DNA of 64,000 nucleotides from the human T2T-CHM13v2.0 reference genome, Homo sapiens (GCF_009914755.1 NC_060925.1); one strand, 5' to 3'; positions 1-25,852 are shown, counted from the stretch's first letter. Notes: a model not told the origin generated them from the sequence alone. Numbers and translations are program-made.

Positions 1-2130
<2,130 letters not shown>

Positions 2131-2381
2131 GAATAAGACAAAGTGATCCCAGCATATGTTATAGACTAATGATAGCGTAAGCTTTAGCTTAATAATAGCC
2201 ATTAGAAATAAGCAGATGCTGAGCTAGAATTGAATGTGAAGGATACTGACTGATTTATAAGAGCGTGTGCAAAGCCCATTATCCTCAAAATCTCACATTC
2301 TTCAGTCTCACAACACCCCAGACGCTTATGTGCCTTATTCTTAAGAAGTCTGTTGTTTTACCCTATTAAGCTGTAAGAAGA

Positions 2382-3856
2382 GGCTAGGTGTGGTGACTTG
2401 TGTTTGTAATCCCAGCACTTTGGGAAGCCAAGGCAGGAGGATCACTTAGGGCCGAGAGTTCAAGACCAGCTTGAGTAAAATGACACCGTGTCTCTAAAGA
2501 AAATAAAAAATTAGCCAGGCATGGTGGCACATGCCTGTAGTCCTACCAACCTAGGAGGCTGAGGCAGAAGGATCCCTTGAGCCCAGGAGTTTGAGGCTGC
2601 AGTGAGCTGCTATTATCAAGCCACTGTACTCCAGCCTGGGAGACAGAATGAGACCCTGTCTCTTAAAAGGTATAGGAAGAAGTCAGTAAAAGATGAATTT
2701 TCTGGTAAACATTTAAGTGCCATTACATGTAGGATGGAGTAGGCAACTGCTGGCTGGGCGCGGTAGCTCCTACCTGTAATCACAACACTTTGGGAGTCCA
2801 AGGTGGGTGGGTCACCTGAGGTCAGGAGTTTGAGACCAGCCTGGCCAACATGGCGAAACCCCATCTGTACTAAAAATATAAAAATTAGCTGGGCGTGGTG
2901 TCACATGCCTGTAATCCCAGCTACTTGGGAGGATGAGGCAGTGGAATCACTTGAACTCGGGAAGCAGATGTTGCAGTGAGCAGAGGTTGAAGTGAGCCGA
3001 GATTGCGCCATTGCACTCTAACTTGGGTGACAGAGCGAGACTCCATCTCAAAAAGAAAAAAAGAGACAACTGCTAATTCTCTTTTATCATTCTCAGTTGG
3101 ATTCAAAAAAAGTCACAAAGAAGAATTCAAGCCTCCATGAACTGAGAGGGCAGTTATTAGCAAGAGCTATGGAGTCAAATATAATTTTGTGAGCCTCCTC
3201 TAGCCACAAAAATGTACTGCAGTATAGGAACAAAGTGAGCATCAAATTTACCAGGTAGGAGGCTACTATGACTAACTTACATACCCTATGCAGAGCCCAG
3301 CAAAGGTAGGGATTGTTAAGGTGTTTGATAGCAGCATAAAAGGGCCACCCAGCAGTTGCCAAAGAGTGACTTAAAATGCCCCTAATTCTGGAGGGTAGGT
3401 TGGGCTGATTCTGAAAGGTCAAAACTATAGGAAAAGTCAGGCTAAAGATACAGCCCAGGAGATTCTGGGCATCTTCGTTGGAGGCACTGCTGGTGCTATA
3501 TTTAAACCTTAATGTGACCCATCATCTAGCATTTGGGGAGTTGGTCTGACAATATCCTTTTTTTTCCTTTTTTAAGACAGGGTCTCGCTCTGTCACCCAG
3601 GTTGGAATGCAGTGGTGTGATCACAGCCTCGACCTCCTAGGCTCAGCAGTCCTCCCACCTCAGCCTCCTGAGTAGCTAAGACTATAGACATGTACCACCA
3701 TGCCACCTGGATTGCTTTTGCTTTTTTTTTTTTTTTTTGGTAGTGATGGGGTTCTCGCTGTGTTGTCCAGGCATCTTGAACTCCTGGATTTAAGCGTGCC
3801 TCCTGCCTCAGTTTCCCTAAGTGCTGGGATTACAGACATGAGCCACCATGCCCAGC
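2382..3856. mobile_element. Alus: 2382-2665(+, AluJ-like), 2752-3063(+), 3558-3856(-, AluJ-like)
   Basis: Alu consensus motifs and A/T tails. Confidence 0.9.
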
Positions 3857-3889
3857 CATGATTTTAGAATAAATTGTATAGGAGGTATC

Positions 3890-4270
3890 CATTCATTCAT
3901 TCAGCAGATTTGAGTGATTATTATGTACTAGATATTGGGGGAAATACTATGTCGAATAAGGCATGGTCTCTGATCTTAAGAAATTAACCTTCTAGTATGG
4001 TCAGTGATTTACAAATGCAATTATACTACAAGACAATTCTGTATAATAGCAGTAAGTGCATAAACCACCTTAAGTTTTCACAGAGAAAGAAGCATCTTAC
4101 CTCAATCTTGGATAAATGGGAATGTGCAAGATGGAGAAGTAGGAAATGGTTCTTCTAAACAGTGAAAACAGCATATATAAATACACTAGGAATGAGAGGA
4201 CAAAGTTTACTGCTAACTACTATACACATCAGTATTAAAGCAAAAAATGAGAGCAAGGGCATTCTGTGGT
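3890..4270 (-). mobile_element. L2 3' end fragment
   Basis: attcattcattcagcagatttgagtg...tatgtactag, the reverse of an L2 tail. Confidence 0.55.
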
Positions 4271-4726
4271 TTGGACTGGGGTCTCAAAATGCCTCTTTCT
4301 CCTTAGCTCAAGTGGCATCCTTTACCTTCAGCTATCTTTAGGGAAAAAAAAACAAATTTTGACCTAAAGGGGATGTTTGGTTGAAAAAGAGACCTCAGTG
4401 CTGGTATAGTTGCTAATTTAATAGTCCTTTTTATTTGGCTGCTCCTTGTTCTTATATTGTACATATATTATATGGCTTACTCAAACCACACAGTATAAAA
4501 TCACTGAAAGAAGTGAAGTCTCGATATTAAATGCATATAATTTGCTTTATGACTTTAACAAGTTCCTTATCCCTTCTTTTACCCAAAATGGTAGGAGAGG
4601 TGTCTAACTGGTCTTGTTCAGCCAAACAATTCATCGTTTGATAGTTTATAATAGCTCGTGCCCAGAAGCTTTATATAACCATGTCATTTGCTCAGAAGGA
4701 AGGAATGTTAGAAATAAAATAATTTG

Positions 4727-8240
<3,514 letters not shown>

Positions 8241-8826
8241 ATTAGAAGAACTAGCAAAATCCCTTACAAAGAATGGCATGATTAGAACAAGTTGAAATTT
8301 TTATAAATGTACTAAGTGCTTGAAGGAATGAAACACCTGGTTACGTTTCTGAGTGTTCTTTATGGATTTTTAGTGGTTGTTTTTACCATATACTATTTCC
8401 CCTTTGTAACCAGTCCCCTAAGTAAGATGCTACCCTGCCAAGTGGAAATTGCACTGATTTTGTTTGACAGTATAAATTGAGTAAGATAATGAGTAATTTC
8501 ATTAAGAAGCTGGTTTTTGGCTGATACTTCCATTTTTTAAAAAAACATGGTCATGTACTTCCTTCTCTTAGAAGTCTTTGAATTTAAAATCTAGATTCTA
8601 TAATGAATTGAATATTTCTTGTCCATCCTAGTAATTTGTGCCATCTACACCATTTTACTTTATTACTATGATCTTTTTCCACGAATGTCCGTTGCTTGGC
8701 CAGTTACTACCTTGGGATTACATAACTACCAAGTAAAGAACCATAATTGGCTGAATTGCTTTTTAAAAATATATTGTTTTAGTGTACCTAGCATGTGAAG
8801 TACATTTTTCTTCTGTGATCATACAG

Positions 8827-9028
8827 GTGAACATGATTAAAGATGATGGGACAGTTATTCATTTCAACAATCCCAAAGTCCAAGCTTCCCTTTCTGCTAA
8901 TACCTTTGCAATTACTGGTCATGCAGAAGCCAAACCAATCACAGAAATGCTTCCTGGAATATTAAGTCAGCTTGGTGCTGACAGTTTAACAAGCCTTAGG
9001 AAGTTAGCTGAACAGTTCCCACGGCAAG
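8827..9028 (+). CDS. BTF3L4: BTF3L4 internal coding exon (NAC domain), 202 nt
   Basis: Acceptor ...gatcatacag|GTG and donor CAAG|gtaggt. Translates [67 protein letters not shown]. This is a NAC-beta domain with BTF3L4-type residues (IKDDG, AEAKPIT) rather than BTF3-type (FTNQG, AETKQLT). Confidence 0.97.
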
Positions 9029-9217
9029 GTAGGTATTTCAATTTAGTAAATCTTTCTCTCCCCACCTTACTTAAAGAACCTAATCATTTAAAAGGTGTCC
9101 CATCTTAATTTGGATTTGCCTGTATGTAATTATTTTACTTTCTATAAAGTTATTTCTATGCTTCATAAAATTTTGAGTTTGTTTAATGATTATGTAGTGT
9201 GACATATAGAATATTCA

Positions 9218-11356
<2,139 letters not shown>

Positions 11357-11591
11357 ATTTCATCTTTGTCACACATGGAAATTGCCAGCTGTGTTATCAG
11401 TGTATTAACTGATTAAAGTTTTATTTTTAATGTTACTCAAGCAAAAAATATGAATGGCATTTTAGATTGACAATATTTAGCTATTTCTGAGCAACTCTGT
11501 GTGATTTATACAGGAAAAAAGGGATAAACATTATAAGTTTTCTTTAAGGTCTTTGTTCTCAATGACTAATATTAAAATAAACTTTTTGTAG

Positions 11592-11651
11592 TCTTGGACA
11601 GTAAAGCACCAAAACCAGAAGACATTGATGAGGAAGATGATGATGTTCCAG
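11592..11651 (+). CDS. BTF3L4: BTF3L4 penultimate coding exon, 60 nt
   Basis: Acceptor actttttgtag|TC and donor CCAG|gtaagt. Phase 1 from the previous exon gives (V)LDSKAPKPEDIDEEDDDVP. Confidence 0.96.
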
Positions 11652-12191
11652 GTAAGTGACATTTCCTTAGACTTAAGATTTTAAGCATCCTGTTTATCTC
11701 CTTTCAGTCATTGCATAGATAACTTTTAGGTTTGTGTTGATTGTAAGCTCATGAATTTAAATTGATTCACAATAATGTGGATAGGATCTAATGAAAAACA
11801 ACGTAAGCACCCACCTTAGAACCTAGAATCAGAAATTGTCACACAAAGCTCTGCTGCCTGGATTTATTAAATTGAAATCACTGTGATTATAAATTTGCAT
11901 AGCTATTGTTATAACATTTCTGTATGAATTATAATTGACATATGAAAATGCTATTCACCTCAGTAATTTGCATAGACAAAAGATGAACATTTCCTTAGGA
12001 TTACTGTCCTAAGCAAATAATTAAATCATTGTTAGTAAAATGCCACCAGTTCATTTCTGCCTCCTTATGTTTTCAGGCTAATTCTGGTTGTACTAATTTT
12101 ATTTTTTCGGGGGTTAGAAGTTAGGAGTTCCATTTACCTCTTTTTCCTTTTTTGTATTCTTTGATTCATATACTTTGTTTTTCTTTTTCAG

Positions 12192-12238
12192 ATCTTGTAG
12201 AAAATTTTGATGAGGCATCAAAGAATGAAGCTAACTAA
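12192..12238 (+). CDS. BTF3L4: BTF3L4 last coding segment, stop TAA at 12236-12238
   Basis: Long pyrimidine tract and ttcag|AT. Translates (D)LVENFDEASKNEAN*, the conserved BTF3/BTF3L4 C-terminus. Confidence 0.97.
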
Positions 12239-13847
12239 AAGTTTGGTTTTTGGAAGCTGGCATGGACTAGATTTAACAAATCAGCTATGTGGTTCCAAAG
12301 TTTTACAGACATGGAGAACATCACCTGTTACTAGTTCAGTAATATAAATATTTTGTATATTAATAATGCTGTTTGTTCAGCATTTTTCGGTCATTTGATT
12401 TTGCATTTTGCACTTCCTCCCAGGATATTTTTTTGGTCAAAATATGAAGTATTGGTGCAGTTTGAGGGTGTTTTGGTTTTTGATTCCTGGTTTTTTTGTT
12501 TTTTGTTTGGGGTATTTTTGGTGTATGTATGTTTATGTATGTGTGTGGGTATGTGTGTATACAGTGGAGAGCAAATTGGAAAACAGTTCTATTTATCCTC
12601 CTCCCTCCCCAGTAGAAATAAAAAAAATCTTTACATTTGTTACTTTTCTTTTCCCCCCGTAAGACACAGAATTAATGGAAAGTGAGTATCTTGGATTTCA
12701 AATCTGAAGAGATTTTTACCATTAGTGGTTTGATTTTAATTTGCTTGGTTAACTATCATATTTTTCATACACTTCTCTGGATTTAAAATATCTTGAGGTA
12801 TTTTGCCACTGGCTTCATGCTGGAGTAATGGGTAACATATCTTTGGTATGGTTGCCTTAGATTAACTTACCTAGTCAGACCCAGAAGAACTTCTTTTACT
12901 AGCTTGCTTCCTAAATGCCTTTTTTCCTCTCCTTTTGGTCTCCAAATGGCCTGGTCAGCTTTTGGTAATATTCTTCCTCATCTTCCACCTAGCTTGAGAA
13001 GGATGTTCTCCATATAGAGTTTAGCGAGTGCCTAATCCCTCCTTTTGTAAGATTTTGTTCCCTCAGCTTGAGGAACAACTTCATCTTCAACTTTTTATTT
13101 CTCCCTGATGTTACAGTTTGGTAGATTTCAAACTGGAATAGCTAGCATGTGCTTGCTAAATAATTTTATGCCAGCCTTATCCTGTATCCTAGCTGTTCTT
13201 AACAGCAGGTACAAAAATGCCTGTTTTTCAGCAAGGTTGAAATTGGGAATGTCCTTTTGAATCAGAAGAAAATAGGCCATAGACTCATCTCCCAGCACAA
13301 ATGGGCATTCTATGAAATGGTACTGGCCCTAGGAGGATTTCCTCAACCACTCTCCTACTCTTGGCCTTGAACCTACCTCTGGGTTGGATCTTACTATTGT
13401 AGCTGCTCACTATACCCTCCTGCATGCTTAGAATAATGCTTTGAGGGGAGCACTGGTAAAACACAGTATTTATTTTTTTACCTCCTTTAAGAGGACTTGG
13501 AGGTAAGTTGCATTCATTCACTCAAGTTTCCCTCTTGCTGTCTAATAGAAGCTTACTTTTTGCTATATCAGCATTTGTTACAGCCAATATTTAAGGACAA
13601 AATTTAGAAAATATATCATTTCCTGGCCCATCATCAAACTAATACAGCTTAACCTTGCAGCTACCAACTTTTGTGTCAAGCTAGATATCTTTATTTGATA
13701 TCTAAGGTGCAAGACCAACAATATATTAAGAGATCTGTAGACATGAAGGCAAAGCTCTTGTATTTTTTTTCATCCAAACACCTCAATTTATTTTATAAAT
13801 TCGTTCATTTTTCCTGTTATGTTTTATATAATATATGGACTAAACAA

Positions 13848-13853
13848 AATAAA
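13848..13853 (+). terminator. Polyadenylation signal AATAAA
   Basis: Canonical hexamer with U-rich upstream sequence and a GU/U-rich downstream element (cttgtgctttttcttgatgttgtgt, ~13884-13908). Confidence 0.65.
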
Positions 13854-14251
13854 ATAACAGTGCAAAAGAGGAGAATATTTCCTCTTGTGCTTTTCTTGAT
13901 GTTGTGTACAGAATTTCCTTTTATATTATTCCTCTACCCTCCACCTGTAAATGAATGTTAGTGCAGTAATTGTTTGAAATAATGCCTCATCCAGTGTTAG
14001 GTCAGTAGCTCCACAGTCTACACAGTCCAGAATTCTTTCTCTAATTGTCCCAAAGGGGGACATTGTGGAGGCAGAGTTAGGGGGAACCACTTCAAGTGGT
14101 TAGGGACAGATAAATAATAGGCAGTATAGCACATGAAAGAAAACACACACTTGGAAGCCAGGAGACTTGTGTCCTAGTCAAAACTCTGGCATTATGTGAC
14201 CTTGGACAGGTCATCTAACTACTCTGAAATTTATCATCAGTCAAATAAGAT

Positions 14252-14540
14252 TTTATTCTGTTTTGTTTTGTTTGAGATGGGGATTTGCTCTTGTTGTCCA
14301 GGCCGAACTGCAATGTTGTGGTCTCGGCTGACTGCAACCTCCACCTCCCAGATTCAAGCGATTCTCCTGTCTCAGCCTCCACAGTAGCTGGGATTTTTTT
14401 TTTTTTTTTTTTGTATTTTTAGTAGAGATGGGGTTTTACCATGTTGCCCAGGCCGGTCTTGAATTCCTGTCCTCAGGTGATTCATTTGCCTCGGCCTCCC
14501 AAAGTGCTAGGATTACAGGCGTGAGCCACTGCACCCAGCC
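14252..14540 (-). mobile_element. Antisense Alu in the extended 3' UTR, next to a MIR fragment (~14125-14250)
   Basis: Alu motifs with flanks caaat(a/g)agat. Confidence 0.88.
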
Positions 14541-15570
14541 CAAATGAGATGTTTCTAAATCTAAAGTTTCTTCTGCTTCTGCATTTCTGTGAATCTCATT
14601 TGAAATTTTTCAGGGAAGGGATTTTATCATTTGTTCAGAGATGTCTTTATTTTTATTAATACCCATAAAACGTTTGTGTATTTGCTTCTTCCTCTTTCTC
14701 CTTTTGATCACATTTTAGCTACTTATCTAGAGGATCTCTGGCCAAGTATTCCCTTTTATTGTATTGATAACAATTCTTAATGGCTGGCCTCTCTTGTGTA
14801 CAATGAGCCAATATTCTTTTTTGTTCTATATTTTTGTATCTTCCCCTTTCCTGAACAAAGCATATTTAGAGTCTCAAAGAAATCCTCTCCACAAAGACAT
14901 GTTCCTCCCTCTGGTGTGGGTAGACATAGGGTAAGAGTTTGGATGAAACTTTTGTAAATTGTAGTGTTCTTGGCATAAATATGAATTAAATCTTTTTTTA
15001 TATTTAAATAACTAGTTAAATATGTGCTTCTTACTAAGATTAGGTATTTTTTGCCAAGATAACAATGATAAAAACATTTTGGGGGGGAAATTGACCTTAA
15101 AATTTTGGGATAATTCAAGAAATGTCTGCAGAAAATTGATTTATGATCTTAATTTTTGTGTTAGTCCTTTGAGGTTTTTTTGTTTTTGTTTTTGTTTTTT
15201 GTAAAGCGCCTTATCTGTTTTGGACAAGTCCAAAGTAAATGGTTGGGCTCTTATATCTGTTTTACCCTTATTTTTCCCATTAAGTAATGGTTTAAGAATA
15301 TATCAAGCACCTTAATTTGTTGTTAAGTAGCTAGTGCTTACAGGATTCCATTAAATTCACTTTAATAAGCCTATGAAGTTCTTATGAAAAACCCATATCT
15401 GGGATATGTTTGATTTGTTTCTTTGTTTTAATTCAGTGTTTAACCCTAGGTATGCTACATACCCATAAATAAGATACCATGGTAAGAGATAGTATGTTAT
15501 AGTGGGAAAAGCACAAGTTTTTAGATAGAGATCAATTCTGCTATCTACCCTTACATTGTAACCTTTCTGA

Positions 15571-15693
15571 CAGGGCTGCTGCGGTGCACAACTTCGGGAG
15601 CCATCACTTATTTTTGTTGTGTTCCAGAAGGTGTCATTTTCATAGACTGCAGTGTGAATAGTGTCCTCCATTAATAATGCAATGATGGCCTTG
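15571..15693. mobile_element. Short hAT MITE (MER91-like) inserted in a MIR (~15490-15730)
   Basis: Ends CAGGGC...GGCCTTG with an 8-bp TSD ctttctga / ctctctga. The MIR core resumes as ctctgagcctcagttttatctataaaatgg. Confidence 0.6.
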
Positions 15694-16175
15694 CTCTCTG
15701 AGCCTCAGTTTTATCTATAAAATGGTACCTAGAAGAGTCATGATTTCTTAGAATCCCCTAAATTATTAAGGTGAAGGTAGAAGATGATTAAAGCGTGTTA
15801 TCTCCTAAGCTATGGCTTAGATTTTCCGAAGCTCATGGTTCTAGGCACAGAAAGTCTCCATTCTACACTGCATTTCAACCTGTGTTGAACAACACTCCAG
15901 TTCAGCCTGTATTGCTATGCCACATAGAGTTTGCCTGAATTATTATAGCTTTCTTAATAGTTTTGTTTATGATCCACTCTCTCCAGCCCATTACACAGGA
16001 GCCAGCTACCTAAATTTCCTATCTGAGCATGTCCTTACATTTACTTCCAGCATACTATTCATTTGCCATAGTAGAGTATTAAGATTATTTGATTTTCTTT
16101 TTACTTTCTCGTAGTGCCCAATGTGTAGTTTACTCAACATCATAATATGTAATGTTTTTCAACTACTTACTGTTG

Positions 16176-16181
16176 AATACA
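16176..16181 (+). terminator. Possible distal variant polyadenylation signal AATACA
   Basis: Known weak hexamer variant in an AU-rich context just before the next Alu. Inference only. Confidence 0.3.
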
Positions 16182-16234
16182 AAGTTATCTCATTTAATTC
16201 TCAGTCTGATGCGGCAGATATTATAATCCCTATC

Positions 16235-18372
<2,138 letters not shown>

Positions 18373-18891
18373 TCAATTGCATTTCTACACACAAGGAATA
18401 ATCCAAAAAGGAAATTAAGGAAACAATTCCATTTACAGTAGCATCAATATGAATAAAATATTTAGAAATAAACTTAACCAGTGATGTACAGTGACAGTAT
18501 GTACACTGAAAGCTACAAAACATCACTAACATAAATGAAGACAAATTAGACATCCTGTGTTAATACATTGGAAGGCTCTTAAGCTGTCAATACTAAAGGT
18601 GATCTACAAATTCAGTGCAATCCCTGTCAAAATCCCAATGATGTTTTTTGAAGAAATAGAAAAACTCATCTGGGAATTCATACGGAATCTCGAGACCCAA
18701 AATAGCCAGAAGAGTTCAAAAAAGAACAACAAAGTTGGAAGACTAACACTTCCTGATTTGAAAGCTTATTTACTTAAAAGCTACAGCAATATGGGCCAGG
18801 CGTGGTGGCTCACGCCTGTAATCCCAGCACTTTGGGAGGCTGAGGCGGGCGGATCACGAGGTCACTTTGGGAGGCTGAGGCGGGCGGATCA

Positions 18892-19350
<459 letters not shown>

Positions 19351-19531
19351 TCAAAATGCGGCCAGGTGTGGTGGCTGATGCCTGTAATCCCAGCACTTTG
19401 GGAGGCTGAGTTGGGCAGATCACTTGAGGTCAGGAGTTCCAGAGCAGCCTGGCCAACATGGTGAAACCCCATCTCTACTAAAAATACAAAAATTACCCTG
19501 ATGTGGTGGCGGGCGCCCGTAATCCCAGCTA

Positions 19532-19639
<108 letters not shown>

Positions 19640-20396
19640 TCAAAAAACCTCAAAATAATCAAAGACAAAAACCTAAGATACAAAACTTGAAAGAGGGCCG
19701 GGCAAGGTGGCTCACGCTTGTAATCCGAGCACTTTGGGAGGCTGAGGAAGGAAGATCCCTTGAGCCTGTAATATATTGCCCAGGAGCTCAAGACTCCTGG
19801 GCAACATGGCAAAACCTCATCTTTACAAAAAATAGCTAAGCATGGTGACGGCTGCCTGTAGTCCCAGAGTCTCAGCTACTCAGGAGGCAGAGGTGGGAGG
19901 ATCACCTGAGCCCGGGGAGGTCAAGGCTGCAGTGAGCTGTGATTGTGCCACTGCACTCCAGCCTGGGCAATAGAGTGAGACCCTGTCTCAAAACACAAAC
20001 AACACGGCCAGGTGCGGTGGCTCACACCTGTAATCCCAGCATTTGGGAGGCCAAGGCGGGCGGATCTCAAGGTCAGGAGGTCATGACCAGCCTGGCCAAC
20101 ATGATGAAACCCCATCTCTATAAAAATACAAAAATTAGCTGGGCATGGTGGCGTGTACCTGTAGTCCCAGCTACTCAGGAGGCTGAGGCAGGAGAATCGC
20201 TTGAACCCGAGAGCAGAGGTTGCAGTGAGCCGAGATTGTGCCACTACACTACAGCCTGCTGGGCGACAGGGTGAGACTATGTCTCAAAAACAAAAACAAA
20301 AACAAAAACAAAAACATATATATGTATATAGAGAGAGAGAGAGATCTATAGATAGATACATAGACAGATAATCTGAGTTCTGAGTTCCTTCAATAG

Positions 20397-20516
<120 letters not shown>

Positions 20517-20519
20517 TGA

Positions 20520-20726
<207 letters not shown>

Positions 20727-20967
20727 TGAAAGAGCCATGAACATTTTTAGAACTCTTCATGCATTTTGTCAAGTTCCTTTTCAGAAAGAATATGCCAGTT
20801 CACATTACCTACAGCATAGATAAAGAGAATTCCTAACTGAACGCACTGGCTTACACCTGTAATCCCAACACTTTGGGAGGCTGAGGCGGGCGGATCACGA
20901 GGTCAGGAGATTAAGACAATCCTGGCTAACATGATGTATCCCCGTCCGTACTAAAAGTACAAAAAAT

Positions 20968-21320
<353 letters not shown>

Positions 21321-21345
21321 TCAGAAGGCTGAGGCTGGAGAATCA

Positions 21346-21657
<312 letters not shown>

Positions 21658-21678
21658 TCACCTGAGGTCAGGAGTTCA

Positions 21679-21879
<201 letters not shown>

Positions 21880-23397
21880 TCAAAACAAAAACAAAAGCAA
21901 AAATTTCAGAAGAAAGGGAAGTTTCATGAAACTAAGTTTGGCAATGATTGCCTCAATGTGACAGCAAAAGGCACAGGCAATGAAATCAAAAAAGATAAAT
22001 TGCATTACATCAAAATTCAAAATGTACAAAGGACACTAGAAAGAAAAGCAGCTGGGCATGGTGGCGCATACTTGTAATCACCCCACCACTTTGGGAAGCT
22101 GAGGCAGGAGACCAAGAGTTGGAGACCAGCCTGGGCAACATAGTGAGATCCTGTCTCTACAAAAAAAGTAAAAAAAAAAAAAAAAAGAAAGAAAGAAAAG
22201 AAAAAAAGAAAAGGCAGGCATGGTGATATGTACCTGTGGTCCCAGCTATTCCAAAGGCTGAGGTGGGAAGATCTCTTGAGCCAAGGAATTTGAGGCTGCA
22301 GTGAGCTATGATCAGGCCACTGCACTACAGCCCAGGTGGCAGAATAAGACCCTCTCTCTAAAAAAAAAAATTAGAAAAGCACCCCATATTTACAAATCAA
22401 GTATCTGATAAGGGATTAATATTCAGAACATATAAAGAATGTCTACAACTCAATATAAAAAGAACCCAATTAAAAAGTGGTCAAAAAGGCAGGGCATCAT
22501 GGCTCAGGCCTATTATCCCAGCAACTTTGGGAGGCTGAAGTAGGAGGATCCCTTGAGCTGAGGAGTTCAAGACCAACCTGGGCAATATAGTGAAACCTTG
22601 TCTCTACAAAAAAATTAAAAATTAGCCAGGTGTGGTGGCACACACCTGTGGTCTCAGCTACTTGGAGGGTTGAGATGGGAGGATTGCTTGATACCAGGTG
22701 GCAGAGGTTGCAGTGAGCCATGGTCAGACCACTGTACTCCAGCCTAGGTAACAGAGCAAAACCCTGTCTCAAAAAAGGAGTAAAAACAAAATACAAAAAA
22801 AAAGTGGGCAAAAGACTTAAATAGACATTTCTCCAAAGATATACAGATAGCAGGCACATGAAAAGATACTCAGCATCACTAATCATTAGGGAAATGCAAA
22901 TGAAAACCACAATGAGCTAGCACACCTAATAGATGTGAACCTATTAGGGTGGTTATTATAAAAAATAAGTGTCAGGATGTGGAGAAATTGGGATCCTTGT
23001 ACATTGCTGGTGGGAATGTAAAATGGTACAACCACTGTGGAAGACAATGTGGAGGGTCCTCAAAAAATTAAATGTAGAATTACCATATGATCCAACAATT
23101 CTACCTCTAGGTATATATCCAAAGGAATTGAAAGCAGGGACTCAAACATATTTGTACACCAATGTTCATAGAAGCATTATTCACAACAGTAACTCAAGTG
23201 CCCATTGATGGATGGATGGATGGATAAACAAAATATGGTATGTACATGCAACAGAATATTTTTCAGCCTTTAAAAGGAAGGAAATTTTGACACATGCTAC
23301 AACAGGGATGAACCTTTAAAACATTATGCTAAGTGAAATAAGCGAGACATAAAAGAACAAATGTTATATGATTCCACTTATATGAGGTACCTTAGAA

Positions 23398-23927
23398 TAG
23401 TGGTCCCCAACGTTTTTGGCACCAGGAACTGGTTTCATGGAAGACAATTTTTTCCACAAACCAGTTGGGGGCATACTGGGGGATGGTTTTGGGAAGGTTC
23501 AAGTGCATTACATTTATTGTGTACTTTATTATTATTACATTGTAGTATGTAATGAAATAATTACACAACTCACCATAATGTATAATCAGTGGGAGCCCTG
23601 AGCTTGTTTTCCTGCAACTAGACTGCCCCATCTGGGGGTCATATGAGACAGTGACCCATTATCAGGCATTAGATTTGCATAAGGAGCCCACAACCTAGAT
23701 TCCTCGCATGTGCAGTTCGCAACAGGGTTCACGCTTCTATGAGAATCTAATGCTGCTACTGATCTGACAGGAGGCGGAGCTCAGGCAGTAATGCAAACAA
23801 TGGGGAGCAGCTGTAAATAAAGACGAAGCTTTGTTCACTCACTCTCTATTCACCTCCTGCTGTGCAGTCTGGTTCCTAACAGGTCACTGATCAATATGGG
23901 TCATGGCCTGGGGGTTGGCGACTCCTG
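23398..23927 (+). mobile_element. MER1A (hAT-Charlie MITE), full length
   Basis: Termini (c/t)agtggtccccaac...gggggttggcgactcctg, ~530 bp, 8-bp TSD ccttagaa / ccttagca. Confidence 0.85.
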
Positions 23928-24148
23928 CCTTAGCATGATCAAATTCATAGAGACAGAAAGAATTACTATGGGGTAGAAAGGGAGTGCAGAATGGAGAGTT
24001 ATTGTGTAGTGAGTACAGAGTTTGAGTTTGGAATGGATGAAAAAGTTGTGGAGATGGATAGTCATGATGTTTGCACAACAATATGAATGTATTTAATGCT
24101 ACTGAATTGTGTACTCAAAATTGGTTAAAATGACAAACTATGTATATC

Positions 24149-24164
24149 GTGTGTGTGTGTGTAT

Positions 24165-24200
<36 letters not shown>
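24149..24200. repeat. (TG)n microsatellite at the tail of the antisense Alu 24201-24492
   Basis: Directly visible, with two TA interruptions. Confidence 0.95.
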
Positions 24201-24205
<5 letters not shown>

Positions 24206-24949
24206 AGACAGGGTCTTGTTCTATCACCCAGGCTGGAGTGCAGTGGTTTGTTCTTGGCTTGCTGCAACCTCCGCTTCCTGAACTCAAGCAATCCTCCTGC
24301 TACAGCCTTCCAAGTAGCTAGGACTACAGGTGTGTACCACCATGCCCAGCTAATTTTTGTACTTTTTTTTTGGTAGAGACAGGGTTTCGCCATGTTGCCC
24401 AGGTTGGTCTTGAACTCCTGGACTCAAGAAATCTGCCTGCCTTGGCCACCCAAAGTGTTGGCATTACAGGCATGAGCCACTATACTGGGTCAACTTTATG
24501 AATATTTTACTATAACAACAAAAAAAAACCTGTGAAATGCCTCTAGGAACCCCATGTGGAAGAGATCAGCCAACTGTAGGTAAGTCTAACCGATCAAAAA
24601 CATTATGGATACAGTTTACCTCAGCAATAAGTCATTCCCAAGACCACAGTGCTGAGAAACTTTGAGTTGGTACTCTGAGGAGTCAGAGATGAGTTGGCAC
24701 TAATCCCTACCTCCACAGTATTACAGTTGTTAGAAAATAGCATACACTCAAAAAATAAAAGGTCATACCAAGGACCAGGTCAGTGCTACAGACTCTTTTT
24801 AAGTGTCACAGAAGAAAAGGATCTTCATCCCATCTTTATGTTTGCTAGAGCAAGCTTGTTATCACAGTGTATTTAGCCCAACTCACACCCATTCTAATAT
24901 TGTTTTACATCCACATATCCTTCTTAAGAAGCCTAGACAGCCATGTTTA

Positions 24950-25852
<903 letters not shown>

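Larger units (their letters stand above)
12239..16200 (+). other. BTF3L4: BTF3L4 3' UTR; distal end uncertain, probably alternative polyadenylation
   Basis: U-rich, largely repeat-poor sequence after the stop. Candidate signals are AATAAA 12617, AATAAA 13848 and AATACA 16176. The distal limit is inferred. Confidence 0.6.

Noticed and set aside
8782-9108. 108-aa ORF as a stand-alone gene or BTF3 retrocopy
   Set aside because: Only 8827-9028 matches the protein. It is bounded by canonical splice sites and continues in frame in two downstream exons, so it is an exon of the intron-containing gene.
12617-12627. AATAAA as the main poly(A) signal
   Set aside because: It is embedded in an A-run (possible internal priming) with a weaker downstream element. 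It is possible but cannot be supported from sequence.
12353-15671. ORFs in the 3' UTR (e.g. 12353-12685, 14777-15118)
   Set aside because: Low-complexity F/L/V- or K/I-rich translations expected from U-rich UTR sequence, with no recognisable domain.
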